The notes under the pieces are model-generated. The model ran no database searches. It was not told the origin of the DNA and worked only from the letters and a program-made list of their open reading frames with translations. The position numbers were made by a program, and so were the translations under genes. This document shows, in pieces, positions 39,803 to 52,069 of a stretch of DNA of 64,000 nt (position 1 is the stretch's first letter; every line of letters starts with the position of its first letter). Source of the stretch: Psilocybe cubensis (taxonomy: Eukaryota); NCBI GenBank assembly GCA_017499595.2, contig CM039003.1:3410001-3474000 (forward strand). The letters are read 5' to 3'.

Positions 39803-41248
39803 ATTTGAAGTAGTTCTTCAAATTCCTTGCTGGGGAATGGTTTATCTTGTGTTAGAACGCCTCATCTATCCCTTTGTATATTGACCGTAAGCAGGTATTT
39901 TGTCAAAATTCGTTCATTCACTTTATTACAGATTATCATATTCTACAAGATGATCGTCGTCGTCTGCCCACTAAAACAAGTACCAGTGGCTGTATTATAA
40001 ATAGACATGTGAGAAATAACACATTAACCAATCGTATTGTGTGGTGGAAATAGGACACGAGGTGGAGAATGACAGGTCATTTCTCTCGGCACGTCAGGGA
40101 AATGGTGCGGCCATAGGCACAGACAAGTGTCGATTGTGTGTGTTCACGGGAACCCACAGTATTTTTTTTGCCTAATGGGTTGAAAGCGCATTTTGTACGT
40201 GAGGAGTTGACGAGTCACCCTGCACTAGTCCAACAAGAGCCGAAAACATGAGAAACACCTCTTCACACCGTATCAAAACCATTTCTTTCTTCCGTTCTAC
40301 ATCGTCGCCCCCATCCCAACTCAGCAGAGCACAATTGATCCACACAATCTATCAAAATGGATAATTTTTTCACTTTTGACTTTTCGCAATCTGGAATCGC
40401 CGCCGCCGGTGAATACGCTCCTTCCCAGTGATGAAGTTGGCTTGCTTATCGATCATTAAAATCTTTTCAGACAGCACTAGGATATTTCCAGACAGCGAAC
40501 TATCGTTATTCTTTTCTCCTGACAGCACCACAGGATCTTCAAGTACTGGTCCCCAAGATATACCATTCCTTGCAGCCAACACTTCCCCAGGTTTGGGCCA
40601 AGTAAATGGTAAGAAACGGAGTATTCTAGGTTTTCTGCCCAACACTGACAACACGACTATAAGCAACACTATTCACCTCGTCGGATGCAGGAGTCATTCC
40701 TGATATCGACTCCTACTCATTCTCTTCCAACACAACCACACAAATTTCTCCAACCATCCATGCACAACAAGCGTCAATGTCTTCATACGCCCTTGATTCC
40801 TCACGGCATTCTACTCTGCAACCATCTCCCGTATATCCATTTCAAGGCTCTCAAGATATTGATTGTAAGTATTGGCGTGTGTTATGGTGGAAACTTCAAC
40901 CAGCTAACCGTACATCCGCCCACAGCCTCGTTTTTGTCGTCTCATGATTTTTTGCCGCAAATCAATTCAGGACCTGTACCGACTCCCAATCCACGTATAA
41001 ACTTTCCCGACTCCACTTTTCAAACATCGACGGCAGCTTCTGGTATTGCATCAGCCTTAATGCATGCACCATCGAATATACGCACCCCACCATCCGAGGA
41101 CGTATTTGCGTCCGTAACTCATCCATCCATCTTTCATCAGGCGTCATCGAACAGACGCCAATCGCAGCCGCTCACAAACATTGGTGAATATACATCCGGG
41201 GACGTGGCTAATGGGTGTGTTCATTGGTTCGGACTTTGACCAAAACTA

Positions 41249-42157
41249 ATGTCCTTCTTCAGGCATCGAGGTTATCCCTCAACCTCTTCCACGAGTATGG
41301 GGACTTCAAATCTGCAACATGATCGATACGTCAATATCGTTCACGGCGGGATCTGGTTCGCCGACACAGACCCATCCACACAGGTGGAAAAAACCCTTAC
41401 GAGGGTATGTACGGATTTTCACCCTGGGAGCCATACGAGCCTCCCAGGAAATTCTAGCAGCAGTTTCCACTCCTATATTGGAGAAGAAGAAACACATATT
41501 CCGGGATCCACGCAGTGGACATTGAACCGCGAAGCGGGCTCCGGGGGCGACCCCGTTGAGCCTTTCGCTGGACCCACACACAGAGATGGAGGGTATGATA
41601 TGACGTTTCCTTTTCTCCTCAAGAGTATGAACTGTGATGCTGATATTACCAATTGTGATTTAGGATGATAAACCGTCGCTCTATGATGCACAAAGGCGAC
41701 AGGTACGAGTTGTCCGTTTATCTTTTCAATAAACGCGACAGCGGAACTGACTGTTCCTTAAAAATTAGGAATGTCGCCAGCGCTTCCACATATTCTCGGA
41801 AGCGAAGATTGTTGACGGCTGACAACGATGAGTAAGCATAACACACCTTTTACTGTTCTTCTCAATATCTAAATCCCATGTCCTCCCCTCTCACACTGTT
41901 CCAGCAGCCAATCCGCGCCCGCCCCAAAACGTCCCCGAAGAAGGTTGCCACGGGACGACCAAAAGGCTGGTGAAGGCAGGGTCGCGAGGACCCTGACGGC
42001 TGCACCAACTCGGAGGCCGCAGCGCAAGCCAGCTACACCACGATGCATGGCTGGCGCGGCCTCGGAGGGGCGTGTGGTGATGCTTGACCGTGAGCGTCAC
42101 TCAAAGAAGGGGACGCAACTCACCTTCCAGGTGATGTCGGCCGCACAAAGGCCATAG
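41249..42157 (+). CDS. Hypothetical multi-exon low-complexity protein in the duplication
   Basis: ATG ORF MSFFRHRGYP.., GT-AG introns near 41592-41663, 41703-41768 and 41832-41904, last exon ..APKRPRRRLPRDDQK..AAQRP*; frame kept in both copies (63-nt in-frame indel). True start could lie further upstream. Confidence 0.5.
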
Positions 42158-42797
42158 GAAGCTGCAGGGCGTTACTTCACGCTCAACACTTAGGCAGACA
42201 AGAACATATAGTTAGTATTTCATAAATATTAAAAAGAATGTAAATACCTTGGTTGCCTCTTAGCATCCTTCAAGTTTCAGCACTTTTTGTCTTGAAATGT
42301 GTGAGAGCATCAGCATTGTACAAAGCAGACAATGTCGCAGAGTGAGATAAGAGATCAGATAACACTCTGGGTCGAGCTCTATTATTTCCGAGATAATCAA
42401 GATGTGCACTGACCGTGGGACATCTTGTTGCTAACGGCCTTTCGGCACCACACTCCTCATCCCTAAGCCAGCTCTTATCCGAACAGTTGTGTATACCTAC
42501 CAGTCCGCCCTCGATATTTCCATCTCATGACGATGGCGCTAACCGCAACTGGCGCACGCCGTCTGGACCGAATACGTGTCAGTGTTTAATCGCAGATATA
42601 ATCAATCTTATTACCATTTCCATTCCCTAAGGCGTTCCCGATAGTTAACTTTCCAGAAAAGCGACATTCTCAGTTACAGTAGGTCAAAAAATTAAATCCG
42701 TCGTACGTATCACTTGCGCGTTTTACAAACATTAATAATTATCATACGCTACGCAACCCTCCTCTTCTATAAACATAAATATCGTCCGTTAAATCGT

Positions 42798-43107
42798 TCA
42801 ATGCCACTGATTAATATGTTCAGGGAAAGCTCCCTTCTCGACATATGTCGGCTGACCATTAATTGGCGGACATGCCATGCATGCAATGAGGCTAGCGTCT
42901 CCAGGGCTGCAAACAATGTTATGACACTGGTGCAGGTGCGAGCGGATGCTCTCGCGGCGGGTCGCGGCGTCAAGTGCTCCGGAGTACATTTTGTTGGGGC
43001 ATCGGGAGTTGAGGACGCAAAGACCAGATTTTCTGGATATTGTCGAAGATAATCAGTATGTGCTACAAGCGATGTAGATGAGTGTATTGGGGTACTTACG
43101 ATGCCAT
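42798..43107 (-). CDS. 80-aa two-exon microprotein with two atypical C2H2-like motifs
   Basis: 8-nt first exon atggcatc|gtaagt, ccag| acceptor gives MASKSGLCVLNSRCPNKM..SIRSHLHQCH..IACMACPP..FPEHINQWH*; TATAAATA ~80 bp upstream; intact twin at 61237. Confidence 0.7.
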
Positions 43108-44201
43108 TGTTAGCTGTTTGGGCGGGTGAATATTTGATATTGAAGTTGTGGGTGTTGATACTGACTCGTGGTATACTTCCCATTATTTATAACGGTTCTG
43201 GGATTGCAGGTTGTGCACTATGTGCGCTTCTCGCTTTCATCGTTCTATCAAACGCCTACGCAGGTCAAAGAATAAAGCTACTGAAAGTATATTAAACGCT
43301 CAAAGTAACAGTATCGTCTTTCAGTATTTGGAGCAGATTGTCAACTATTGTTCTCCCATAACGCAGAAACCTACATTTCTCTTCACAATATTTCCCGAGC
43401 TTTGAGTCTTCAAAGCAATAAGTCGTGACAGCTGAGTTCAAACATCGAGTGCTTTCATCTTTGTCTTGTTTCCCACGCTCTCAAAGAGGTTCATCGCTCT
43501 CTAGGTTCTCCGGTGTCTTTACTCAAAGAAAGCATCAGCCGTTTCATTCAAACCACAGAATTATATTAATGTCTTTTCCTCTGTCAAATTTGTGGAAAAG
43601 AACGATGTAAAAAGGAACTCGAGCAGAAATAACCAACGGTATATCGACAACGTCCTTTCACGGCGCTCAACCCATGAGACCTCAGGACTTCAAGCTTCAA
43701 TGTTTTCCCGTGTAGAACATATGATATTCCCTCTTATTAGTTCACGAGTATCAGAAATCGGAGTCAAAGCAGGATGCACCTGGATGCTCATCAAAGACAG
43801 ATCAAAGCATCGATAGGGGCTTTGTTCTTCACCTGATAACAAATTTCAATCGTCGACGGCCCGATGTCAGATGCGTGAGACTTCGGCGGTGATCCCCGAA
43901 ATAATCACTCCCACAGCCACATTCTATGCAGTGGTGGATGGATTGGATTGGATACGAACAACCACTACTCAGATGTGGGATACCCCTATTATGAGCAGAA
44001 AACCCTGATTAAGAGGCCTCAATTTAATGTTCCTCTGATTTCATGTTATTCCGATGTAAACCCAACGGCAAACTATCATCCACTTTTTGAATGTATTCTA
44101 CATCCCTGATGCATTTCATAAAGTATCGATCTACAATAAATGAAAGATACGATCAAGACTTAAAACTGCATGTAAACCTGATAAGAATACGGTTCTCTTA
44201 C

Positions 44202-44522
44202 CTAATCTGACGCCTCCCATGTACCCAATCCTCCCCTGGTCACACATTCAATCGAAACCCAATCCAAAAGCCCTTGAAAAGTCGGCCCACCGTCGCTCAT
44301 CGTAAACTTGACTGTATCATTCGTAAGCTCGCATGTGAACTTAGAGGCCGTGAATATCTGGGTCCGGCTCTCGTATGTCATCGATGCGTTACTGCAGGCA
44401 AAATCTACGGCATGTCCGAAGAGCTCGCCGATGAATCGTATGCGCTCGCCGTTTTCGAGTCGGAAGATTGCTGTAACGTTGCGCTTGGCGTTTATGACGA
44501 CTCCGTGGGCCGTGTAGGGCAT
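44202..44522 (-). CDS. Small intronless beta-rich cytoplasmic protein, 106 aa (paralog 2 of 3)
   Basis: Full ORF; TATAAA ~170 bp upstream; upstream region homologous to that of the 45577 gene; 3' flank motif ccc.acggcaaacta.cat shared with the 34288 gene. Confidence 0.85.
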   Translation of the reverse strand: MPYTAHGVVINAKRNVTAIFRLENGERIRFIGELFGHAVDFACSNASMTYESRTQIFTASKFTCELTNDTVKFTMSDGGPTFQGLLDWVSIECVTRGGLGTWEASD

Positions 44523-45256
44523 TGGATTTATTGTGAGGGTGTTAATGAGCTTGTATCTTTGTGTTGCTATGCGTGTGGGAGATCAGGGATGCGATTGTTT
44601 GCAGAGCTGAGCGTGGGTGCTCACTGGATTGGTTGAGTGATTTCGGTTATGGTGGTTTTGGTCTGTCATACACCAGTTCGACGAGGTCTTTATAAGCGCA
44701 GGCGTTACGCGGCGATCGCTGCGTTCATTGGATGGGTTTAGATTGACGCCTTCTTGTCGGACAGATGATTGGATAACTGGGATAATAATAACACCGTGTG
44801 GGTTTGCTACTTGCATTTTCCTGACGCGAATGCAGAAATTTGGGTCATTTGGGTCGCAGATCTATTATCGCCGGTGGACCACTGGGAGCTTCAGAGCAGC
44901 CTCCTGCCTGGACTTTGGAGTTTGACAGCCTATATGATGACTATACTGTGTATTATTGCTAATTAGCCAACCAATGCAATTTAACCGCGCTTCCTTTTCT
45001 TTGAGAACACGACTGAGTCCCCAGGGGGCCGCTAAGTTTTACGGTAATATTAATTGAAAGCTGTCAGTCCCAACCGTTTTCATAATTGTAAACCAAATGT
45101 AAACATGATGAAGATAATTGTGTCTCTTTCGAGATTCCCTGCTATGAACAGTTGAATTATTGAAGTACAATTGACCTACAACCAAGATAACCGCAGGAAA
45201 CCGTCAATACTCAAACAGCAAATCAAATTGATAAAAATCCAACTCATTTAAGCTAC

Positions 45257-45577
45257 CTAAGTTGAGACCTTCCATTCACCCACAAGCGCCCGAGTCGGAA
45301 TGTCGGGTAACGGCCATAACACAGAGCCATTAATAACCACCCGCCCGGCTTCAGATCTAAGCTGTATTTCATGCGTACCGAATGCGCAGGTCATCTGGCT
45401 GGAGCTGAAGACGTGATCGAGGGTGGTGTATGTCATTACGGCGTGCTCGCTGACGAAGTCTGTGGTGGGCCCGAAGAATTGGCCGGTGTAGCGCACGCGG
45501 GTTTCGGCGTCGATGATGAAGAGCGCGGTGAATCGCTGGTCGACGTGCATGATTGTACCGTGTGCGGTCAGAGACAT
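45257..45577 (-). CDS. Small intronless beta-rich cytoplasmic protein, 106 aa (paralog 3 of 3)
   Basis: Full ORF; TATAAAA ~150 bp upstream; tandem duplicate (~1.05-kb unit) of the 44202 gene. Confidence 0.85.
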   Translation of the reverse strand: MSLTAHGTIMHVDQRFTALFIIDAETRVRYTGQFFGPTTDFVSEHAVMTYTTLDHVFSSSQMTCAFGTHEIQLRSEAGRVVINGSVLWPLPDIPTRALVGEWKVST

Positions 45578-46285
45578 TGGGGCTGTGTGGGTGGGTAAGT
45601 GAGTTTCTGTGGATGTGGGATATCAGCTGTACTGCTTGGGAGGGGTAAATGAGTGTGCTCACTGGATTTGTTGGGTGATTTGGGTGATTATGGCTCTGGT
45701 CTGTTGTAAGTTTGTTCAAAGAGGCTTTTATAATTCAGGCCGTTAACCAGCGAGGAGCTAATGAAGGATCACCACCGAAATAGATCCTCAGGTGTGCACG
45801 CACAACACATCGCTACACCGTTGGCCATAGACAGACGCCTTCCTGTGGGACAAATAACTGGATGGCTGGGACAAGAATAGCACCGTGTGTGTTTTCTACC
45901 TGTATATTTATGAGAGGGCTGCAGAGATTTGGGTCGTCTGCGTCGCAGATCCTACATCGCCGGTAATTATCTGGTTCGCAGATCTAATATCGCCGGAGGG
46001 TCACTTGTAGCCTCACACCTGGACCTTGGGATGACGGTACTGTGTATGATTAGCCAAATACCGCATATATAAGCACAGAATCACACCTAGATACAACCCA
46101 ATAAATTCACCACAATGGGACAATGCAGATGAATGGCGAAGTAGGGCGTCGACGAAATGAGCCCCCTATTGTTAAATTCCCACGGCTGGCTCAAGTGCGT
46201 CACATATGCCGTGACTGCCTGTCGGGTGTGACGAAACGCCTCACCTCGCTTTGTTCCCGCCACGACGACAAAAGTTATCAAGGCC

Positions 46286-47414
46286 ATGACTGCCATAACA
46301 CAAAATCTGCCTTGGTTCGTCAAAGACCTCGGAATTTCTATCGTTGGAAAGGTGAACTTTTTCAGAGATTAATGGTTCTGACGATAACTGACGGTATGTT
46401 TTCCAGGAATGCTACACGTCACTCGTCGAGAACCTGCACCTCGGAGATGTGAAATGCCTCAAGTATTCGCTTTCTAAAGGACTCGGTATCGGGATTGTTG
46501 TTGGAGGGTCTATTATGAAAGTACCCCAAATTCTACTCAGTACGTTTGCCAACTGTTATGTTCTATGAGGAATGCTCACATTTTCACCAGTTGTCAACGC
46601 GCGCTCAGCACGCGGCCTTTCGCTGCCTGCGTACATCCTCGAAACGCTGAGCTACGGCATCACGCTCGCCTACTCCTTCCGCCACCAATTCCCTTTCTCG
46701 ACATACGGCGAGAATCTATTCCTCACCCTCCAAAACATCCTCATCACACTCCTCATCATCCACTACGCTCCCACCCGCTCGTCGCAGCGATCTCAAAAGC
46801 TAATCACAACCACCCTCGCAACGCTTGCGTCTTCGTTTGCGTTGTACACGCTGCCGACGCAGACGCTCTCGCTGCTGCAAATGACCACGCTCCCGCTATC
46901 CCTCTTCTCCAAGCTCCCGCAGATCAGACAGAATTACCGCGCGCAGTCGACGGGCCAGCTTTCAGCTTTCGCTGTGCTCTCCCAGATCGCAGGATGCCTC
47001 GCGCGTCTATTCACAACTGCGCAGGAGGTCGGCGACGGGCTCGTCGCAGCGGGCTTTGCACTGGCGCTCGCGCTGAACGTTGTGCTCGGTGCACAGCTAT
47101 ATATTTATTGGGGAGAGAACGGCGCTCAGAAGCAACGTGCCGACTACGAGATGCACGAGAAGATTACGAGTACGAGCGCCACTGCGACATCGTGGGACGC
47201 GCAACCGCAGATCCATCAGCCTGTTGCGACGCGCTCGTATGCGTCCGCCGCGACACTCTCCCCTCCGCCCAATACGAATGCCAATACGAATGTGAATGCG
47301 GCAAATGGAAGGCAGTCGTCCCCGAGCCCCAGCGCTGCGCATCGTGTGTCGACCCCGCCACCGCGCACGCCCTCATCTGCTGGTGGACGGAAATGGGCCA
47401 GGAAGGTGGATTAA
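46286..47414 (+). CDS. MPDU1: Mannose-P-dolichol utilization defect 1-like PQ-loop membrane protein, 3 exons
   Basis: MTAITQNLPWFVKDLG..|ECYTSLV..CLKYSLSKGLGIGIVVGGSIMKVPQILL|..SARGLS..FPFSTYGENLFL..SKLPQIRQNYRAQSTGQLSAF..LARLFTTAQE: both PQ motifs and the hallmark Lec35/MPDU1 segments. Confidence 0.93.
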
Positions 47415-47512
47415 TTCCTGTTCTTTCTATGAGTGTATATACGCTGTTGGCTTATTTAATAATATGTTTTTTTTTGCTCTTTGTGGGTTTATGTGCGTGG
47501 TTGGGCTTGGTG

Positions 47513-47570
47513 TCGAACTCGAACTCGAACTTGAAATCGAATTGCGAATCGAATCGAATCGAATCGAACT
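47513..47570. repeat. (TCGAAC)n/(TCGAA)n simple repeat 3' of MPDU1
   Basis: tcgaactcgaactcgaac...gaatcgaatcgaatcgaatcgaac read directly. Confidence 0.8.
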
Positions 47571-48458
47571 TGCGTGTGTGTTTCCTGTTCGGGCGTGGTA
47601 TACGTCCATGTAGCATGTTCATTACACCGACGATATGGTCTAGCTGGCCATCCTGCCCACCAGTACCTACCATCCACGGCACACCGGCGTCCGGTACACT
47701 CAACATTCGCGAGCGCTCACGCTCTGGTTGGCTTGAGGAAGCTTATAATTACCCTCGTTGATGCATTGACGGGCACAGCGCTCAGCGCCCGTGGGTTCTA
47801 TGAGGAACTGAGGTTGTGTCTGTCGTGGTTTCTGGTATACTTTGTCGCCCCGAGCTCTGACTCCGACTCTGAATGTGATTACTCCTGCACATCGCGGGCC
47901 AATGTGGGTGGAGATATTGATATATGCGCTCTTGCTCGTCCGCTTTGAGCTCGTACGGCAGTGTACGCTATCTGTTATCTGCTGCGTGCTGTATCCGCCT
48001 CGAGCTTGAGGTTGGAGTGCTGGGGTTATACCGCCATTGTACGACACCATACTACAGTAGAGGGAGTATAGTGCACTTGTAATTTACCGTATGTATAGTT
48101 AATTTATATCAAGTTCAAATAGAGAATATACCATACTTCAGAATTATTATACAGACTCATCCCATCCTATACCGACATATCACATTTCTACAAACAGTGA
48201 TCTGCACGCTTCGACTTTCCCATCTACCGGTGGTGTAATTGCACTGGCGTTGGGCCAAGTTGCGCGTACACTGTGAAAGACTCCATCGAGCAACGACCTT
48301 TTGAGCAATGTACAGCTTGATCATGAGCTAAAACTAGTTCTTCTACTTATATTCGTTCGTTCTGTTGGAAGTTTGTAGCTTGTAGATATTCACAAACCAA
48401 GTTATAATAGTTCGAATTTTAACCTTGGATTTTCAAGCGTAAACGTTAAACGTAAACA

Positions 48459-50699
48459 CTATATGTTACTCAAACCTCTCCTACCACCTCGTTCACTAAC
48501 GACTTCGGAATCTGTATTTGGATGACTGGACATTGCCTCCTTCACATTTTCCCTCTTCTCCGTATCCCCCTCTCCCCAATCATCCTCCTCCCACTCGTCC
48601 TCCTCGTCCTCGTCCTCGCCTCCCTCTCCCCTTCTCTCTACGTCCCGCTCGAAATCCTTCTGCTTCACGCTGATAACACCGACGCTGACGACGCCGACGC
48701 CGACGCCGACGCCGAAACCGATAGTAGCGTTGGCGTTGGTGTTGGTGGCGGTGTTGATATTGGTGGTGGTGTTGGTGGCGGTGTGAAAATGCGCACTGAC
48801 CATCTCGGATGATGGATTGGTATCGCCATCGGCGACGTCGCGCATGCGCCCGCGCCGGTTGAGAGATGCGAGGAGGGCTGTGGTGTATACTACGGAGTAG
48901 TTAGAATGAAGTGGTGCAGAGATGAGGGGAACGGAGGCAGGGTGGATAAGGTACTGGAGTACTGACCGTTTCCTAGTGTGTTAATTACGGAGATGTAAAC
49001 CATTGACCGTCTGAATGTTACTGCCTACGAAAAACGCAGTTATGGCTCGGGTCGTAGAGAGTCGTGGGGAGATGGGGTATGAGATGGCTTACGAGGATTA
49101 ACCCGATGAGGGATGTGAAGCTTGTAAGCAGGCCGGTTGTAACTGTGTATCCGATTAATGTTTTGATCATTGAGGAGGTTCGCCTGTACAGTCGGGTTAT
49201 GAGTATGCATTGAGGAGTGACTAGTGAAGGGTGAAGAGAAGGACGTACCGAGTAACGGATGATCGTGGTCTCTTGTTCCACAGTAATAAACATACCATTA
49301 AGGATATGATCAGGTCTGCGACGAATAGGCATGCGATGGCGCCATAGACGGGTGACTGGGATACATTGACATCGTCACAGGTGTCAGTTTTGGTTTGGAA
49401 CTTTGGATTGGAAGGGAAAGTGGTGTGTGGGCAAAGGGTACGCACTGTTAAGTTGAGGTATTCCGACCAGCTTTTTCCGATCCTGTGGTTCGAGGTTGAA
49501 GGGATGAGTTCGGTGTAGGTTAAGGAGTTGGGATTTGGAAGAGGGTACTTGCATTTTAGCGCCGAAATCTGGATATAGGGGTTAAACAAAGGTTATAAAT
49601 TTCCAGGAATGAGAGGAGGGGGTTGGGGTTGGGACGTACATACTCCCCAGGCAGAAGGTACGATGCTGGAGATGATCTTGAAAGTAATTAGATCCAATGA
49701 TATACTGTGAGGATGAAGCGGGTTTACCGCTATCCCTGTCCACACGGGATGTTTGTTGCTCACTGTAGGTGTTACTCAGTCAGTCAGTCAGTCTCGAATT
49801 CTGGAAAACACTGGGTGGATGTGGGTGCGTACGTCTGTATATACGGACGGAGTAAAACCTGAGGTGACGAAGTGATCAGTGAGCCGTATCGCAGTTTTGA
49901 AGGAATCCGAAGCTCAGTCACCCTCTAACAAAGATATCTGAAAATGGCTTCAAGTGCATGATTATTGAATCAATACCATCGCAATTTGACGGGATCGAGT
50001 GGGAATAGGCGTACCATCATCCAATAGGTGAACTAATCAACTCATCGCCAACAATCAGGAACGACGGTGCGAAGATGTGTTAGAAAATGTAGATCCTACC
50101 ACTACAGTCCTAGAATGCGCCTTTTCATTGAGTTTCATTGTGATTAGCGAGGAGTGATTCAGAGAGGTGAGCGTACCACGGTTGCCCTTTATTCATAAAG
50201 GTGAATGGCGAAGGGGTCCAGAGAATCTGTGTGATAAGATCCATAATCCCAACTGCCCCGAATATGGCGTGTAGAGTGTTTAATATCCTAGTTCCGTCAT
50301 GTGCAGTTTATGAGAAGAGATTGGGTTTTGAGGCTGGAGGGGACAATGGTAGCCGTACCAGAGGATGAAAACCTGTCAGAGCATCAACGGGTCCGTGCAG
50401 CGTTGATAGGGTAAATAGGGGGAAAGCGGTACCATGATACGGAGAAACAACGGGTCTCTTCCGAATTTGCGGAAGTAGACTGCGATCTGGTAGGTGGTGA
50501 GCCCGTAAAGACTGGTATTGTCAGATGTCAATGTAGGAAGGAGGAGGTGGGAGGCTGTAGACCATTTCGCCTTTGCGTAGATGGATAGTGGAGAGTGGAC
50601 AGGGGAGACTTACATCGCGGATATATAAATACCAATAAAAAGACCGTTGAGTGACTGATGTGTCCTCGCCATCTGCCCTGGATCATCGAAATCGTTCAT
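48459..50699 (-). CDS. DUF6534-like multi-pass membrane protein, 'FDD' subfamily, acidic C-tail
   Basis: MNDFDDPGQMARTHQSLNGLFIGIY / LYGLTTYQIAVYFRKFGRDPL / VFILW / ADLIISLMVCLLLWNKR / TSSMIKTLIGYTVTTGLLTS / YTTALLASLNRR..EDEDEEDEWEEDD..GLSNI*. Confidence 0.85.
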
Positions 50700-51559
50700 G
50701 AATGAGTGTAATGGTAGGGGAGAGGGTGAAAAAGGATGATATGTAAGTAAGTCGCTGTCGGTCGTTGGTACTCTGTCGCGTTTAATATATACTAGTATAT
50801 GTCAAGAGCATGACTATTGATTGATCGCCGTTTGAGGTTTTAAAATTAAATGGACAGGTGTATAGGCTATTAAGCTGTTTACGTACGTTGGTATGGACCC
50901 GACTTCTTGTTCGTAGCGTAGAGATTCGGTAGCGGAACCCAGTGATTTGGCGGCACTTCAAGCTTCAGCTTTCGCGATCGAATCGTGATAGAGCGCGTTA
51001 GTGGATTAGGCTAAGCCACCCTGATTAATCCAGTACTTATGGTTCATAAAGCGTCGTGTCTATTATCCCGACTAATGTTCTACTGGAGTTTGACTGGAAT
51101 GTTGAGTCCAATTTAGATTAAAGGTCAGGCCACAGGCCTCAGGGCCGGTCAGCCGCGAGCAACATCCCCATGGTATCTACATGTATTCTTCCCTGACCGC
51201 TCGTAACTCACAACCATTTCCATGATGATATGCCTCAGCTTCCTGAGTTAAATTTAGATGCAATGCAGGTCAACGAATTGGAGAGACCATGTGCGTTTTT
51301 ATCTCTCCTCAGGCACGCATTAGACGATTGTTGGCGATGTTCGATCCATGCCGACTTTTCTTGACGGTTGAGGGGAACATGATCATCCGAGTCATTGAGA
51401 TCACGCACGGTGAATGACCCCTGAATGTCAGACTCGGATATCGCATTCGCAATCTTAATCCCAATCCCAATCCCAATCGCATCGTATTCACAAACAACTC
51501 CAACTCCAATCCTCATACCAGTTCTCCAATCTCCAATCCCCCTCGAAATCGAATCACTA

Positions 51560-52069
51560 TCAAACCTTCCCCTCAAACGTCCCCAAATACCACCCCAACC
51601 ACACCGCACCAAAACAATCATACAAAAGCACACACCACATCGGATAATCTCTACCCAGATCCCACCGCCCCTCTCGCATATAATTCTGAATAAGTTTGGC
51701 CCCGGCGAGTAGGGCCAAAATTAGCCTGAAATGTACGCTGGCATGCACGAGCTGGTTGGATGCGAGGGGTGTATACGCTGTGCTGATATCTAAACGACGA
51801 TTGCGAGTCCAAGTTTCACGAATTAAAGAGTACGGATTTTAAAAGTACTTACATCCTAACCCGAGTCCGACGCTCGCAACACCCAACAGCGACCTATGAC
51901 AACACTGCGCCGTTGCTGTTGCGATATTCGCCCCCTTCGCCCCCTTCACATGCTTCACATCCCTTTTATATCCAGGACAGTCACCGAAGAGCCATCGAAC
52001 CCCGAGCCCTATTAACACGATCGATTGGAGGAGGATGGGCCAGGGGAGGTGGATGGGGTGGAACCACAT
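51560..52069 (-). CDS. Small ~4-TM fungal membrane protein, 2 exons (paralog of 53756-54522)
   Basis: Exon 52069-51853 MWFHPIHLPWPILL..GVASVGLGLG, 63-nt GT-AG intron, exon 51789-51560 YISTAYTPLASNQLVHASVHFRL..YDCFGAVWLGWYLGTFEGKV*. Confidence 0.85.

Larger units (their letters stand above)
40515..43900 (+). repeat. Segmental duplication, copy 1 (inverted copy at 60415-64000)
   Basis: Long near-identical blocks in reverse complement throughout; the ORF track shows matched peptides on opposite strands (41945/62351, 42714/61290, 41249/62839). Confidence 0.95.

Noticed and set aside
46565-47761. 398-aa ORF, the longest in the track
   Set aside because: Alternative frame overlapping the MPDU1 last exon; the PQ-loop motifs are in the 46572-47414 frame.
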